64,000 nt of DNA. It comes from Pocillopora damicornis. Its lineage: Eukaryota. The DNA is taken from the NCBI RefSeq assembly GCF_003704095.1, contig NW_020843834.1:186001-250000 (forward strand), given 5' to 3'. The notes beneath the pieces are model-generated. The model did not search any database. It saw only the letters and a program-made list of their open reading frames with translations, and was not told the origin of the DNA. The stretch's first letter is position 1. Each line of letters opens with the position of its first letter. Positions 27,270 to 41,300 of the stretch are shown here, one piece after another. A program made the position numbers and the translations under genes.

Positions 27270-27440
27270 CAACATAATGACCAGCTCTCAGTTGGCTTAT
27301 TAGCTCAGTTGGTAGAACGCTCACCGGTGTCGCAGAGGTTATGAGTTTAAATCTGGTACGGGCCTGAATTTTTTTTCAGGCCTTATTTCAACTACTAGTT
27401 TAGTAGTGTTCATAACTGCGAGGATCGCTTTTTTATTCGT
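27270..27440 (+). mobile_element. tRNA-derived SINE-like repeat in the intron of Kv gene 2
   Basis: A-box TAGCTCAGTTGGTAGA, degenerate B-box GAGTTTAAATC, followed by the hairpin GGCCTGAA-T(n)-TTCAGGCC; does not fold as a full tRNA. Confidence 0.7.
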
Positions 27441-27531
27441 ATCAACTGTATATACTTAACGTAGCTGCGTATACTTAACGTAGATTCAATCGTTCTAATA
27501 TATATGTTGTATTATGTTTATCACCGTGTAG

Positions 27532-27817
27532 TTACGGGGACGTCGTGCCGTCATCGATTCTTGGTAAGATAGTTGGTTCCATTTGCTGTGTTTCTGGAGT
27601 AGTTTTACTTGCGTTGCCGATTCCAATCCTGCAAGAAAAACAAGTACCATGCACGTTGGAATCTGTGACAGCAAGAAGGAAGCGGAGGCCTGGTGAAAAG
27701 ACAAATGTGGAGTGCGCAACCTGTTTGGAGGAAAAGCGCTGTTCACTAAGGGAGATCTTTAAAGGTGAAACGAATGGAGATAACTCGAACCTCATGGGAA
27801 ATAACATTGGACATTAA
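27532..27817 (+). CDS. Shal: Kv gene 2, coding exon 2 (YGD, S6, C-tail)
   Basis: Acceptor GTGTAG|T, then YGDVVPSSILGKIVGSICCVSGVVLLALPIPILQEK...NNIGH*; phase-compatible with exon 1. Confidence 0.92.
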
Positions 27818-29409
27818 ATCATTAAAACATCATGATGTTTTCAAATCCCTTTCAGTCTCAATAATGCTTTTTCTCAACGAAAATTAGCCCATTTCACGAT
27901 TCGATCTTGTTGCACCATTCAGTGACATTCGCATTGCGAGGTTCAGAGCCAAACTTTAGACCGCCAAGAAATCAATTTAAAGTGGACCAATTATTTCTTC
28001 AAATTATTTCGATGCGTAACAACTTGATTGATAGAGTACTACAGCATGCAATGAAGTAGCATCGCCCTCTCAATTAATCAGACGAAATACTTTTCTTTGC
28101 TGTGATTGGGCGTTGCGATTAGAACCACACCCAATCGAAAAGTGCGTTATTGTGAAAAACAAAAAACAAAAAAAAAACCCACAGCCCCCATCTTCTCTAG
28201 TCTATATATCAATTCAGAGGTATTATTAGTTAGAATTTCTACTATTTTTCAGAAAGAAATTCTTTAATTTCATATTAGAGAGAGCGAAAACAGCTATAAC
28301 GTGTACTCGAAACGTTAGCCATACTATAGGTAAGTTTTTAGCTATAATCGATGTTTATGAATTCGAGATAATATTTTGTTACATAACCGCTGGTCATATT
28401 TGTCAAGGTCCATCATTGCGCTTCAGTTATGTTTAGGTCGGTAGTGTTAAAGGGGAGAGTGGAATAGTTGAATAGAACCACAATCTTTTAATTTTCTTTC
28501 AACGGTAGATTTAGTGAGTAATTCTGTATTAACGAGACAAAACGCAAAAAGGCTTCTTAATCAGTGAAATCGAGCATCGGATATCAAAGGTTATCGACTG
28601 ATGCGGGCCAATGCATAACCAATAATCGATTAATATTGACTGGAAACGATATCTTACACCCTATGAAAGCGGGCCGAGTATTAATTGACGCAAAAAGTAC
28701 TTAATATTATTTCACAAAAGTTGCTGACTTCTTGGATAAAAAGAACACAAAATCATTGATCTGACAAGAAAATCGTGATAACGAAAAACAGTCAATTGAT
28801 CTCGATCATGCCTACAAAGTTACAAAAATATCCCAGATGGATAAGTCATCGATTTTAGAGATCAGCGAATTAATTGGAATTGACTGATATCGACTTCAAT
28901 CGATATTGCAAATAGGACATCTCGTTATATTCTGCCATTTTAATCTGCTCCACTTCCCCAACTCAAATTTACTCCACGTGCTAGTGCACATACGCCATTT
29001 GATAATACATGGCATTTATGACCTCTTAGATAATACCATAGTCTATTATATTCTGTACCATAATTTTCCGCAGAAAAGGAAGCTATTTCACACTGATAAA
29101 TTCAGAAAATTTTGTTCAATTTTACAGCTCAGCAAAGTCAGCTTGTGATGAACGCACAGACTTGATGCATTTTGCTATTACATGTTGTACTCAGATAGCT
29201 AATAACAATAGTTAAGACTCTTGAGGCTGAAAACCAGAGAATTACATATTATCCAAAAAAATTATGAATACTAAAGAAATCATTGCGCGCGCCGGAAAGC
29301 AAAAATAAAATTGTCCTCACAGTGGCAAAGCTTTTGCTCTCGTGTGCTAACTTTGTGTTCAATACGTTGTGATTATCCCCCAATTATATGATACCCTGTA
29401 TTGTAAACA

Positions 29410-29775
29410 AATTTCAATTGGTTCTGATGCGATCACTAGTGATCTATTTTAAGACGTCACCACTAATAGCCTTTTGCTTTTTTAGATAGATTCCATATTG
29501 CCGTCCGTGGACAAACAAAAAATCAAATGAACAGAACAATAGCTGAGCACGTGCACTTTAGAACTTTGTACATTTAGTTTTGTACCTCAGCTTTGTACTT
29601 CGGCCAAACCTGTGTTGGACCCTCTCCTCATTGTTTAAAGTTCCTTAGAAATCACATAGGACGTCGAAATGTGGTAAAAACATCAGTTTCCCTTTTCTGT
29701 TTTTAACCACATTTTGACGTCATCTGTGACCTGTTACTGACCAGACGCAGGGCAACATGGGATATTTTTGTTCAA
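29410..29775. repeat. Related copy of the 2802-3240 repeat family
   Basis: ccacattttgacgtcatctgtgacctgttactgaccagacgcagggcaacatgg matches 3172-3230; inverted partner sequence at about 29485-29505. Confidence 0.6.
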
Positions 29776-32700
29776 TATACAACCAAGCTGAAAAGCTGGC
29801 TAAAGCTAAGAGGAGATTTGCGTTAATTACTTAAAGCATTCGCCAAATAATCGGGTAACGTCAAAACCAGGGAACCCTTGAGAGAAGTAATGGTCATGAC
29901 TTTGACCAACCAACTGGAAAGCTAGTTTAAGCTTTCTGAGGAAAACCATAGAGAAAAGCACCAGGGAAAAGAACCAGTTAGTAAAGATGTCACACAGAAT
30001 TATACAAAACCGCAGGTGGAAAGGGGCGAGTTGGAAGTGGGGCGAGGGGGAGTTGGAGAGGGGCGAGTTGGAAGTGAGGCGGGGAGGGTGCTAAAAGGCG
30101 AATGTGTACTTCAATTGGATTAATTTGATTAATTACTTCATTTAAGTGTTTAAGTTTCGAGTTTCGCGCTGAAGAGGGATTGATTAACAACCGCCTAGAT
30201 GAATACAAATGTTCTGGGAAATTGTGGAATAAAACAGCTCTTGGAGCAACAGGCTGGAAAAATGCTCTTTCAGACACCTTCCCTTTCTCATTTCTTTGAG
30301 TATCAGGCAGCAGTGAGAACAGAGTATGCAATGGTAGCGGTGGTGGGCCAGTGAAAAAGGGGGAGGTGGGGGTGGGAGGGGGGGGGTGCTACGTTGGGGT
30401 CGAAGACGTCTAGGTAAATTGTTGTTAATTGTCAATTTGCGAAAAAGACAATTTTTCCACGTATCAGGGCTACCATGTATGAGATATCACATCTAATAAA
30501 TCCTGCTACTACATTAGATTTAGTTTTAAACTATAATTTTCGAGCCTTGAAGCTTTTTGTATTTAGTTACTTGATATGCTTGTGATCTGAACCCTTGAAA
30601 GCCGCGCAGTAATGAATTTAATCTTTTGTCATGTTAATAATAACCTTGAAAGGATACTTGTTGTGCAGGATACAGAAAAATACCAATGGAATGGGCTTAA
30701 AAATTGGAAAGTATCAACATTGACTTGGAATGGTGGGGAATGGCAGATATAACCAGGGAGTCCAGAGGGTGAACATGAAAAATTTAGGATAAACATGTCA
30801 AGTTTAAACAAAGCTCTTTTCTTGTTTTTTTTCTTTGTCCCGACAACCACCACAAACATAACACGAATATATAAATAATTCTAACGAGCTTTATTTTTAA
30901 AATCATCGACGCGAGTCTCAAGCCTAGTTCTGTATTGAGTCTGAATGAGAGAATCTCGATTTTGTGAATGAAAAAAGCGCGCTGTAACAGAAGGGTAAAT
31001 TCCCCGCCTGGCGATTCAAGCTTTCCAAATATTTGCTTAAAATTTGTTCCAGTGAACGAGGATTTTGTGGAACACTGAAGCTGTAATCATTAAGATTTAC
31101 AAACATTTTAAAGAGATTCCATCCATAGACGATGAACTCCCAGGCAACTATTTACAGCCGAGAAAGTTTTCACACTAATTTCCAAACGCTGGGTCGTTTT
31201 TTTTTTGTCGAACAAATGAAATTCAAACCAGATTCGAAAACGCTTGCTCTATAAGGGGAATTTTCCACCACAATGAGGAACTTCTCGTGAAATCGCACGC
31301 TTCAAAATAAAAAACACGTGTCATCCCCCACGACAAAAAAAAAAAAAAAAGACAAAACCAAAAAAAAAAAAAAAAGGTTTCGCAGCATAACGCGATATAC
31401 GCGAGATTTACACGTGAAAAATTCTGGTTAGTTCGTGACGGTAGCAATAATTGGATTCTAATTGTAAAGCCGTCAGTACTAAGCTACTTTCAAACGTTTG
31501 ATATTAAGGCCGACAAAAGCTCTTGAAGGACATAAAAGTGAATTAATAATGACTAATAACAAAACATCTGCACTGTTTTTCATCCAAACAATGCATAGCA
31601 GGTCACCCTATTGTTTTCCCGCACTTAAGGAGCCCCTCTTGACAACGACAGGTTTCTTTGTATGAAAGGAGAATTTCACCTATAATCAGACTCCTTTTGA
31701 CTGCGTCCAATGACAATGCATTAAAGTCAATAAATAGTCTTAAAAACCTCGAACAGCTAGGATATATCAGATAGGAAATATGTGTTGATTCTAGCTAATG
31801 ATCTTGAGGTAAAAGCAAATTCAATATCTACATCTTTTCAGCAACAGAAACACGATAATTAATATTTCCAACATCAGGTACAATCCAGTGACCTAAACGC
31901 TATATCCAATTTTGCTAAGATGTGTTCAAGGCCTCTTGTAAATGGCTTTGTAATTCATACCTTCCCTGGATAATTATCGATTCACATTGTTAAAAAGACG
32001 TCGGTGTCCCCGCAAATTGTTACAAATTTTGTGTTCGTCTCAAAGTGCTTTTTATTTTATTTTCTCCACAAGACGGGAGAAACCCACTGAGATACACCGT
32101 GTTTTTTTCTCCACATGGTCGCCCTGTTTTGCTATTAGTAATTTAAATTCAAAACCCACGCCAATTTTCTGCTTTTAATAAGGACTTAGTACAGGCGAAA
32201 CCCTCTGTGGCGCAGTCGTTGGGAAAAAAATTTTGAAGCGATTGCAACGATCTTTAACCCGGATGTCGAGTGATATAAGGAGATGATATAGCGAGACCAC
32301 CGGGAGAAGCGCCGAAATATCGAACGAAACGGCTCAGCGTGCTGACTGTTGATGGACAATGCTGAACGCTGGAAATTAACATTCACAGTTGAACAAATAT
32401 GAAATTCTATATGGACTGTCAAGCAAGGAGTCATTTACATATGCGTATGGACTGTTACGAACACTAAATGTTTCTTAAAAGATTAATTTTCTGCGTGCCC
32501 GAGTTTAAGGTTCCTGTTTGGCATATTGAGCCATTGGTAAACGATTATTAAACTTCATAATAACAACCTGGTCATTTACAAGTACGTCAATCGATGTCTT
32601 GGCATTGTTTTAACCAACAAGTTGCAGGGAACCGTTTGGTAAAGTCGAGACATCGAATAATTCGTTTGTTCATGGTTTGCAGCCACTGAACGCGTCGCAG

Positions 32701-32789
32701 AATTTCAAGTTCCATGAAAGAAACATAAAAATTTAGCATGGAGTCTAAGACGGCCTGCTCTTCGGAAGGAGATATTTAGTGAACTATAC

Positions 32790-34024
32790 ATGGCGAGGCG
32801 TGTTCACTTCAACAACGAATTACACAAAAAGCATCGTATTGTATTAAACGTAAGCGGACAACGGTATACGACAGAAAGGAAGTGTTTACAAAGACATCCA
32901 CATACTCTTCTCGGAAGCGAGATGTTAACCAGGTTTTTTGATCCTATTAAGAAGGAATATTTCTTCGATAGAGACCCATATTTGTTTCGATACATATTGA
33001 ATTTTTACCAATGCGGGAAGCTTCACTCATCGCCCGACGATTGTCCCGTTGCTTTTAAGGATGAGCTCGACTTTTTCGGGATTCCTATTTGTGAACTCGA
33101 GGACTGTTGCTGGTACACAACAAACACTGATGAGAAAGAAAAACACCCGTGTCACTACGCCGTGAGGAAAGCTAGCATGAAGGCGGTACATTCTGGTAAT
33201 TACCTCGATTGGAATAAACGAGAAAATAAACAAGGGATTATTAAAAGAAAGAAGATTCCCGCGACGAGGTCAAAAAACTTTACACAACCTAGTAGAAGCC
33301 CAAATCATGTACCATTGACAGAGAAACGATGCGGCAACACACGACAAAAGTCGGATAAGAGAGCTGAATTTATACGGGCGAAACACTCTGAAGAGAGTGA
33401 AAACTCAACAGAAAAGTGCTCGAGTACACGCAAGTGTGAAATAAATTGCAGATGCCAACCGCATAAATCCAAAATAGCACAACGATTATTTTATTTTTTG
33501 TATGGGTTGTTCATAGTTCTAAGCGTGGCTACCACAACGGTGGAGACAATTGACTGCGAGGATGGCGTGAAATGTTTAGTGCTCTATCCCGACTTGTTCT
33601 TCGCCTTTGACGCCACCTTTGTGGCTGTATTCACCGTAGAATTCCTCATACGATTCGCTTGGTCAAAGAAACGCTGTGCATTCATGAAAGATTTCTTCAA
33701 TGTGATAGATTTACTTGCAATATTGCCCTACTATATATCGCTCATTGCGACGCAGTTCGTAACTACCGACAGCGTTACGCTTTTAATAACTCTACGTGTT
33801 CTACGTGTCGCGCGGATAATGAAATTAACCAGAGGCTCTACGAGATTGAAGTCTTTGCTCTATACCCTAAGAAACTGCTCAACAGATCTGCTGTTTTTGT
33901 ACTTCACGTTCACCCTAGGGATATTGCTGTTTGGGAGTGTGTTGTACTTTGTGGAAAGTGGGGAAGATTTCCGGAGTATTCCTCATTCCCTCTGGTACAC
34001 TTGCGTGACGATGATGACTACCGG
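32790..34024 (+). CDS. Shal: Shal/Kv4-family K+ channel subunit, gene 3, coding exon 1; spliced product about 454 aa
   Basis: T1 (LNVSGQRY...FFDRDPYLFRYILNFY; H-SSPDD-C-x20-CC), long basic T1-S1 linker, S4 LRVLRVARIMKLTRG, pore IPHSLWYTCVTMMTTG; donor GG|GTAAGG (intron 34025-36403). Confidence 0.95.
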
Positions 34025-35962
34025 GTAAGGCAACATTGCAGTTAATTGAAGTTGAATAAATCATCATATATTAATCTAAGATCTATCAAATCCATATTTA
34101 CTATTGGTATAACTGATAGTCATTCAAATTGGGTTATTTTCGACTCAGCGCGGCAATAACACGAGGTTTATGGGTTGAACTACGTTGGCGCCAAATAAAA
34201 CTTAGCAGGGAGACCTTGCCGAGCAATGACTCGACTTGCGTTATACGACCTGTTCTAGTCAGGCTAAAGCCTATCCACAAATTACTAAGATGAGTCTACA
34301 GCTATTTGCAAATTTTTCCCTTTTTATATGAAGTTAAGTTTAGCACGACTGAATTGAATTGCACGTTTAAAACAACTGCTGAATCCCGGAACTGACTGAT
34401 CAATTTTATTTGAGCTTCTAAAAACTGCATCAAGATACTTTGACAAGGCCTAAGGCGATATAATTTTAATCGGCTGCAAACACAGTCTTATTAGTATACC
34501 AACCGAAACATTTCATGACGTTTTGTGTTAAGTTTTTTCAAGTTTTACTTTAGACATCGATCGGGTAAACCCATTACGAGCAAACTACCGGTCTATGTGG
34601 TGCAATTGTGTTTTGAGTCAAAGAACGTTTATCTTGTTTTGCTCAACAGGAAAATTCCGTGGTGTTACATCCCCTAAGGGCATAGACAATGTGGTTTTTT
34701 AGTGGGCATTCAATATTTTTCTTGCGCTCAAAACAAGAGTTTTACCAATAGCTTCTAATTCACTTTAACTAAAAAGCTCGGTTAGAGACCCACACAATGA
34801 AAATCTACATCTATGTCCACTTACGCTTTGGTTAAAAACTGGTTGCTAGGTAACATTACAGACACAGGTTTTGCATGTGTTGCCGTAATGATCGGTTTCT
34901 CGGATGTATTTCGTATTTGTGGTGGAGTTATCGACAGTAACTGATCAAAATAAATGTCACGCGATCATTCCATTCACCAAAAAAAAGTGTTTTTTTTTAA
35001 ATTTTTTATTTCCATAGCAAAATATTTGAAATAACAGAAAACTAGAAGCGTCTGGCTGAGATACAAAGTTAATTCAAAAGCTTTTTAATACTTGAGTCGA
35101 TACTTATCGTTTACGATAGAAGCTTTGATATTTGCTCTTTTCATTTAAGAATCTAAAAACTCATAGGCGCCAGTGATATTATCCCAACGTGACAACCCAT
35201 AAATTAACCCAAAATTTTGAACACCTTCCATTTTTTTACGTGAATGGGAAATTACATAAAGGCGGTCGCTATTTTACCTGTTTACATATTCTTAATTCTA
35301 TTTTAGTTTTTATTCAATGTTTTCACGTGTCAGTAATATTTCCTTCTTCAAATGACGATGTTTCAATTTTAGATCGTCTATCAATTCCTGTTACCATCTG
35401 AAAGTGATTGGGGCAGCTGTCTCAAGCATGATGTCAAAAGAGAAAAAAAAGTCCAAAAAGACTTCATAAAGCTTAGGGCAATTATCGTGTTTTGTCTAAT
35501 GGGCATCAGAACAGATCGGCAAACAGTCTGGTAGCCAAATTTTAAAACAAATTAATAGTCTGCTAGGAAAGTTATTCATTGTTTTCTCCGGAGAAAAATA
35601 AAACAAATAAATGAGTTCTGGAATATTCAAGAAACGACAACAAATGAATTATAGGTTTTCTGTGAAAACTATCGTGGGAAAGTTTTCTCTCGACAGTTAA
35701 TATTGGTGCTCTCTCAGATCTACTAAAAGCAAAAACACCGAGATAGAGTACCATTAAGTATTTTAAATAATGCTAATGTAGGTTTTATTTATAGAAGGTA
35801 AGATTTGACAGTGGCAGAAACAAAGATAGACCTAAGGCCCTCTTTAAATAACCCCAAACAATTAAACCAAATCGAAAGAATAAGCAGTGAGGAAGCAGAT
35901 TAATTGGCTATTAATAACCGTGGTTGAGGATTTGAAGCCATGATTTCCCTCAATTAAAACAA

Positions 35963-36023
35963 GATTCGAACCCAGGACCTCCGCATTGTGAGCGTGACGG
36001 TCTCACCACTCGACTACGCTGTC
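35963..36023 (-). mobile_element. tRNA-like SINE head / pseudo-tRNA in the intron of Kv gene 3
   Basis: Minus strand GACAGCGTAGTCGAGTGGT...GGAGGTCCTGGGTTCGAATC has A and B boxes, but acceptor and T stems do not pair. Confidence 0.6.
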
Positions 36024-36403
36024 TGTATCTTAAGTAACTTTGTACATTTTCTTTGAAAAAGAAGGAAAAAAAAACCTTCCAAGGTCGCTGAAACCAGAAA
36101 ACTGGAAACTCATCCATCTATATTCAAACAAGCTTCGAAATTAATCCTCGATTCTCTTGGATTGCTTCAGTGCGCTCTGTGACTGCCTCAAAAACTTATC
36201 AAGCGATCGGGTTCCAACTTACTTTTCATTGACTGCTTGTACATTTTGCTTTGTTCTGACTGGCCCATGAGGTCATATTGATTTTGGTTTTCGACCCCGA
36301 GTCGAACAGCGCTCAACAATCAATTTTGCCACGCACCGCACGCAGTCTTTACTGTAGCTAAACAAACAAACTATTTGTCCTTTTGTTTTACTTTATTTCG
36401 CAG

Positions 36404-36533
36404 GTATGGTGACGTTGTACCTGTATCAGTATTAGGGAAGGTAATTGGTGGAATGTGCTGTGTATGTGGTGTGGTAATAATGTCACTCCCAATTCCTATT
36501 ATGCAAGACAAAAAGGTTATAGTGCAGAATTGA
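36404..36533 (+). CDS. Shal: Kv gene 3, coding exon 2 (not in ORF track)
   Basis: Pyrimidine tract plus CGCAG|G; manual translation YGDVVPVSVLGKVIGGMCCVCGVVIMSLPIPIMQDKKVIVQN* (TGA at 36531-36533). Confidence 0.92.
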
Positions 36534-36889
36534 GAGGAAAGCGCCGATATTTTCAGATTTATACCACTTATTAAATTAAAATAACTAAGAATATCAGCTT
36601 ATGACCGCATTGACTACCGGACTCAGAGCAAAAATGAGTTGGGCTTGCTGATCAATCACGCACAAGCACCGTCGTCCATAGGTTGTCTTTGCTAAAGTAA
36701 ATATCGAAAAGTTTTTCTTTGATGAATGGAATCTCCAAGGAAAAGTTGTAAGCGTCACACATGGATATGGAATTAAACTTGAAGCGTCATGCAGTCTTGC
36801 AAAATCAGATCCTGAAATACTTACAGTTCTCTCAAAAAGACGTGACCTGTATGCGTGCTGTTTTGGTGGTCTCGAGGCTGCTACTGCAT

Positions 36890-37101
36890 TTAACCCTTCA
36901 CATCCTAACATCAATATGCATATTCTCCACACTGTTCCTTATACATTTCCTAAGGTGCTGACAAGGAGAATTTTCTTGCCAATCATAAGGTTCCTTCCCT
37001 GGTGATCATTTCCTTTATTCTCATTATCTCAATGTGTGATTCAGGGGTGATATTGTAGGGAGAATTTGGATGCTGGTCACTCCTGGGGAAGAAAGGGTTA
37101 A
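36890..37101 (+). mobile_element. 212-bp TTAA-flanked MITE (piggyBac-like ends)
   Basis: TTAA-CCCTT...AAGGG-TTAA; homologous to the reverse-oriented copy at 55207-55418. Confidence 0.8.
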
Positions 37102-37994
37102 AGAAGGGTGTACAAATACCCTGTCTAGACCAGAGGCATTTAAAAGGAAAGGGATATTGTAAATTAGTTATTTGAAAGTGTCCATCAATCGATCCAAGAA
37201 GTTAATGAATAAAAAGCTTAGCCAATTGCACGCCATTTTGCTTCGTTTGCCCTTTCTTTTACTTTTACGACATACATCAAATTAGAAAAGAGACGCGCAT
37301 CAGTGATCAATTTAGCTATAGGAAAGGCGAACCACTTTGGTCAAAAGTCTGAAGCTTAAGCCGGTGTAACCCTATGGATAAACATAGCTCCGCAGAAGGC
37401 ATTGAAAAGTGTTCATAAAATCGTACTCCGAATTATTAATAACCATTTCCTGTGTTTTTTCATTTCGTTTATGCTGTCTCTAAAGAATTCGATGCCAGTC
37501 GAATGAAAGCTTCTGTGGATGAATTATTTATCTAGAAAGGTATACCAGTGAAGTGCAGAGAGCAGAGCAGTCGCCTCTGACCGTTTCCCAGTTAAATTCA
37601 CTGTTCACTTGCAACGCGACTCAATTTGAATCTCTCTGTTTTGAATGACCGGCAAAGCATACAATCACGTTACTCATCTAATAAGATCTTACACGCAAGA
37701 CAAAAACGGCATAAAACAAAGACCGTGGGCTTGCCACTCACAGTGCATATCGAGCCTTTTACGGAGAGCTTTCCTTGCCGACCGTGCGTCGTAGGGAAAG
37801 CTTCGCCCGCGGTTGCATCCAAAAAAGGCCAATCAAGATAGGGACGGGGCCACATAAAGTATAACATCAGAATTGTCCAATTTTCTCTTTCAATGATTTT
37901 GCATTCTGTAAATTTCAAGAAACACCGTATTTGTATTGACTCTCAATACAACTCTTACATGTTGTTTTATTCTTTCGAACGTCGCTTTCCCTCC

Positions 37995-38257
37995 TTTCGA
38001 CGACGGCAACGCCGCGGACGACTTCGGTTAATAAATGAACCCATATTTTACCTACGAATCTCGCGATATTCGTCATTTAGTTTGTTTCTCACTGTCAAAA
38101 CTTTCTCGAAAATGAGTATGGGACACAGCGTTAAATAGACCGTCGTCGTTCACCTTTTCCAGACAACGCAAAGCCTAGTTATTTTACGTTGTTGTTTTCC
38201 CGAGAATACAGAATAATTATTACTTTTTAGTTACTAAAATTACTTTTTCTTTAGTGA

Positions 38258-38291
<34 letters not shown>

Positions 38292-38323
38292 ACCGTTGCC
38301 GAAGTTGTTTTTTAAAACTCCCT
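37995..38323. mobile_element. MITE-like repeat with (GTTGCC)7 tract
   Basis: gacgacggcaacg at the left end is complementary to the (gttgcc)n tract at 38259-38300; ends in aaactcccta. Confidence 0.55.
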
Positions 38324-41300
38324 ACCAAGGAGACTAACCTGTTTACTCAGCTAAAATGTGTCTTCAGACCACACGCGAGTACTGCAAGTCTGTCCTTGAT
38401 TCAATTTGTACCTAAAAAATTTCCTTCATGCTACATTCGAGACAGGTACTTTGTCACTCAAGGATAAACAAGTGCTGAATTCGACACTTAAAAAAAGAAA
38501 GGAAAGCTTATCAGGTCAGTTGTTTTCACTGCGGTTGAAAAGTGCAGAGGTGTTAAGAAGTCCTCAACTTAAAAACTTCATTAGTTTCACCTGAGCATCG
38601 GAGAGGCTACCACGTTGCAAACTGGTAAGTTAATAAGAGTTCATTAGGCAATTACCCCAAAATACGAGATTTGAGAGAGCTGCATAATCTCAGAATACTT
38701 ATCATTACTCAGAACTGGCAAGCCAAACAGTAATTGTCAGTCAGTCTTCCAGAAAACCTCTTCACTGTTATGAATACAATAGTAAAACTGACTGACCTGA
38801 CTTAACGGTTTTAGTAAACGAGGGAATTCTTTGCTTGAATGGATCGGTTTGGTAAGTCCATTAGGATAATCGCTGAGGTTAGAGCTGTTGCCAGGTGTAA
38901 TCAAATTACAAAATTTGGGTGCACTCCTCTATACTGTCTAGAGCGAGGAAGCGATGGAGAAAGATTTATTCACTTGAATACGAGGAGGGGCTAAAAAAGG
39001 ACCCGTTAGATAAACCTTATGCAAGTTTCGAAAGCATCTGCTACGGAAAACATCCCTTGTTACATGCATTGGCAAAGAAAACTTGTAAACACTTGCAACG
39101 GAAAAATCTCAGTATAAGGTTTAAGGTTAAACCATTTAAGGTTCCCGTGATAATTGTTTATAGAGATAAGAAATATAGTACTTATCATCTTCTCCCCGCC
39201 AAAAAAACTTAGAAAAAGGAAAGGTTCTCCACGTTTCCATACATTAAGTCCGCTTTGCAATATGTTCCATCAGTTTGGTTATCTGTTGACAATCGTTCAA
39301 TCACGATTGCATATTGGGATGTTTAGGAACCTCTGAACAACTGCCCACTTGACGCAGTCGCACATTCTGGCACACTAGATACTAGTAGACCTCAGAGATG
39401 TTTTCTTATGCCGATAAACAACGTGAACCACGTTTTCAGAAATTTGACGAGGGGCGTGCACATGGTTTGGTGTGATCCAAATGTTCCTTCACTCCTAAAT
39501 ATTACAAAAAATTTTGTCACGTTTTCCATTTTCGTGGCCACAAGAAACTTGCTGGTGTATAATTGCGGCCTAAATCGCCAATAGATAATATGGAACTACT
39601 TTAGAAAAAGAGGCAAATTAGTATTTCAGACATCATGAAACGAATCGAGACGGCATTGTTTTCATTTTTGCCAAATTTTTGCTTCCTCTACAGTGAGCCA
39701 GATAAGTCGATATTTTTTAGGAAGAGGATTTAAATTCAAACATAAATTTCAATTTGTATGCGAATGTTCTCATTGTTCACATTTTGGAGTACGAAGGAGA
39801 AACTGCTTTAAAATCGCAAATAAAAAATGTTAGCATAAGTAATGGGATTCGATTTGTTTCTTCATCACAAACGGACTTACTGCACCTTCTAATGAAAGGC
39901 GAAATATGAATGAAGTTGGTGATCGATCATTGAATATCTTGGATAATTCATGCTCTGAAATCGACGAATTCTATTTCTTCCAATATATAAAATTATTATG
40001 TTGTACCACCTTTAAGTCTGTCTGATGCAAACCCATTGTTAAGGTAATCAACAACTATAGTAGTTACCTAGTAAAAGTATTGTGGACGTGTTCCTCCAAC
40101 ACCTCAAAATTAGATATGGTTTATTTGTCTTGCAAATCGTTCCAAAACAAATGAATGCTTTAGTTACCGACGAATTCAACCCGTGAAATAAGACAGGCTA
40201 AAACTTACGCGAAATTAGACTAAATCTAAAATAATATAGCCAATTTCTTTAAATCAATGAAATAATTTCTACTATGATTCTTTGCCGCATCTAAACTTCA
40301 GTTTAGTTTTTACTTGTTTATGTTGATTTTTATAATTTTTTTTAAAGCACTCGATCAAACACCAGGTGATTCTTGTATTCTGGACCAATCGCAACGAAGC
40401 AGCTGATTGAAAGTTAATTATGTAATGTGGAAATTATTTTTTTGAAGGAAATGCACTGAGAACAGCCACAATTTGTTTTCAATTTGCTTTAATTCAGCGG
40501 GTTATTTCTAGAAGTTTATTAGTCAACGTTGTCTACATGTCTGTGAAGGCGGCAGCTACTTCAAAGGGGATGCTGTTTTAAGGCTCTTTCTGTTCAAGAG
40601 GTATGATTTATTGAGAATAAGCTGTCGGATAAAATGCGCCTACAATCAACTAGGTAATAATTTCAATGTGGGAAGTCAAACAACACTTGAAGACGGTAGT
40701 GATAGACATGGATAGCTGAGAATGAAGCCATATCGCTAAATTAATATATGAACAAATAGACCCTAACTCGCCATGACTGAATTAAGAACTTTCGGAGCAG
40801 ATTCGAAGGTGCTGGTTGAACCAGAAATAAAATAAAAGCCTTCTTGACCAAAGCATTGAGGTAGGTATAGAAGGTTTTATTCATTGTAGGTCACCTTATG
40901 CAAATTACGCGAAGTAAAGTGTTTCTCTCTATTACTTTTGTCGTAACAAAGACACTAAACAACATGCATATAATTATGAATTTACACTGCTGTCCTGAGA
41001 TGATAGTCAAAGATATCATCCATATGCGAAAGTTTTCCCCTATGAGTGAAAAAAAAAATAAAGATTGGAAAAAAGGTATATTTGCTCTTTCAAACAGCTG
41101 AAAATGGAAACTTAAATTTTTAAAATTCTCCTCAACGATTCATTTCACCTGCATCAAGTTCACGTTGATAATTAGCTAAAAGCTTCTCTCATTCGCAACA
41201 CAAAATTGTTGACTTGGCTATTACTATCCCTGCGTTAATTGTGTACAGAAGAATATCTTTTTTACACCAGAGACTTTGTCGCCGGAAGTATATATATGTA

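Noticed and set aside
29990-30435. Pro-rich minus-strand ORFs (113 and 83 aa)
   Set aside because: Arise from G-rich low-complexity tracts; no splice or homology support.
35963-36023. Possible tRNA-Val(CAC) gene
   Set aside because: Acceptor and T stems do not pair and the anticodon stem is mismatched; treated as a SINE head or pseudo-tRNA. The same applies to the tRNA-like heads near 27295-27365 and 42365-42436.
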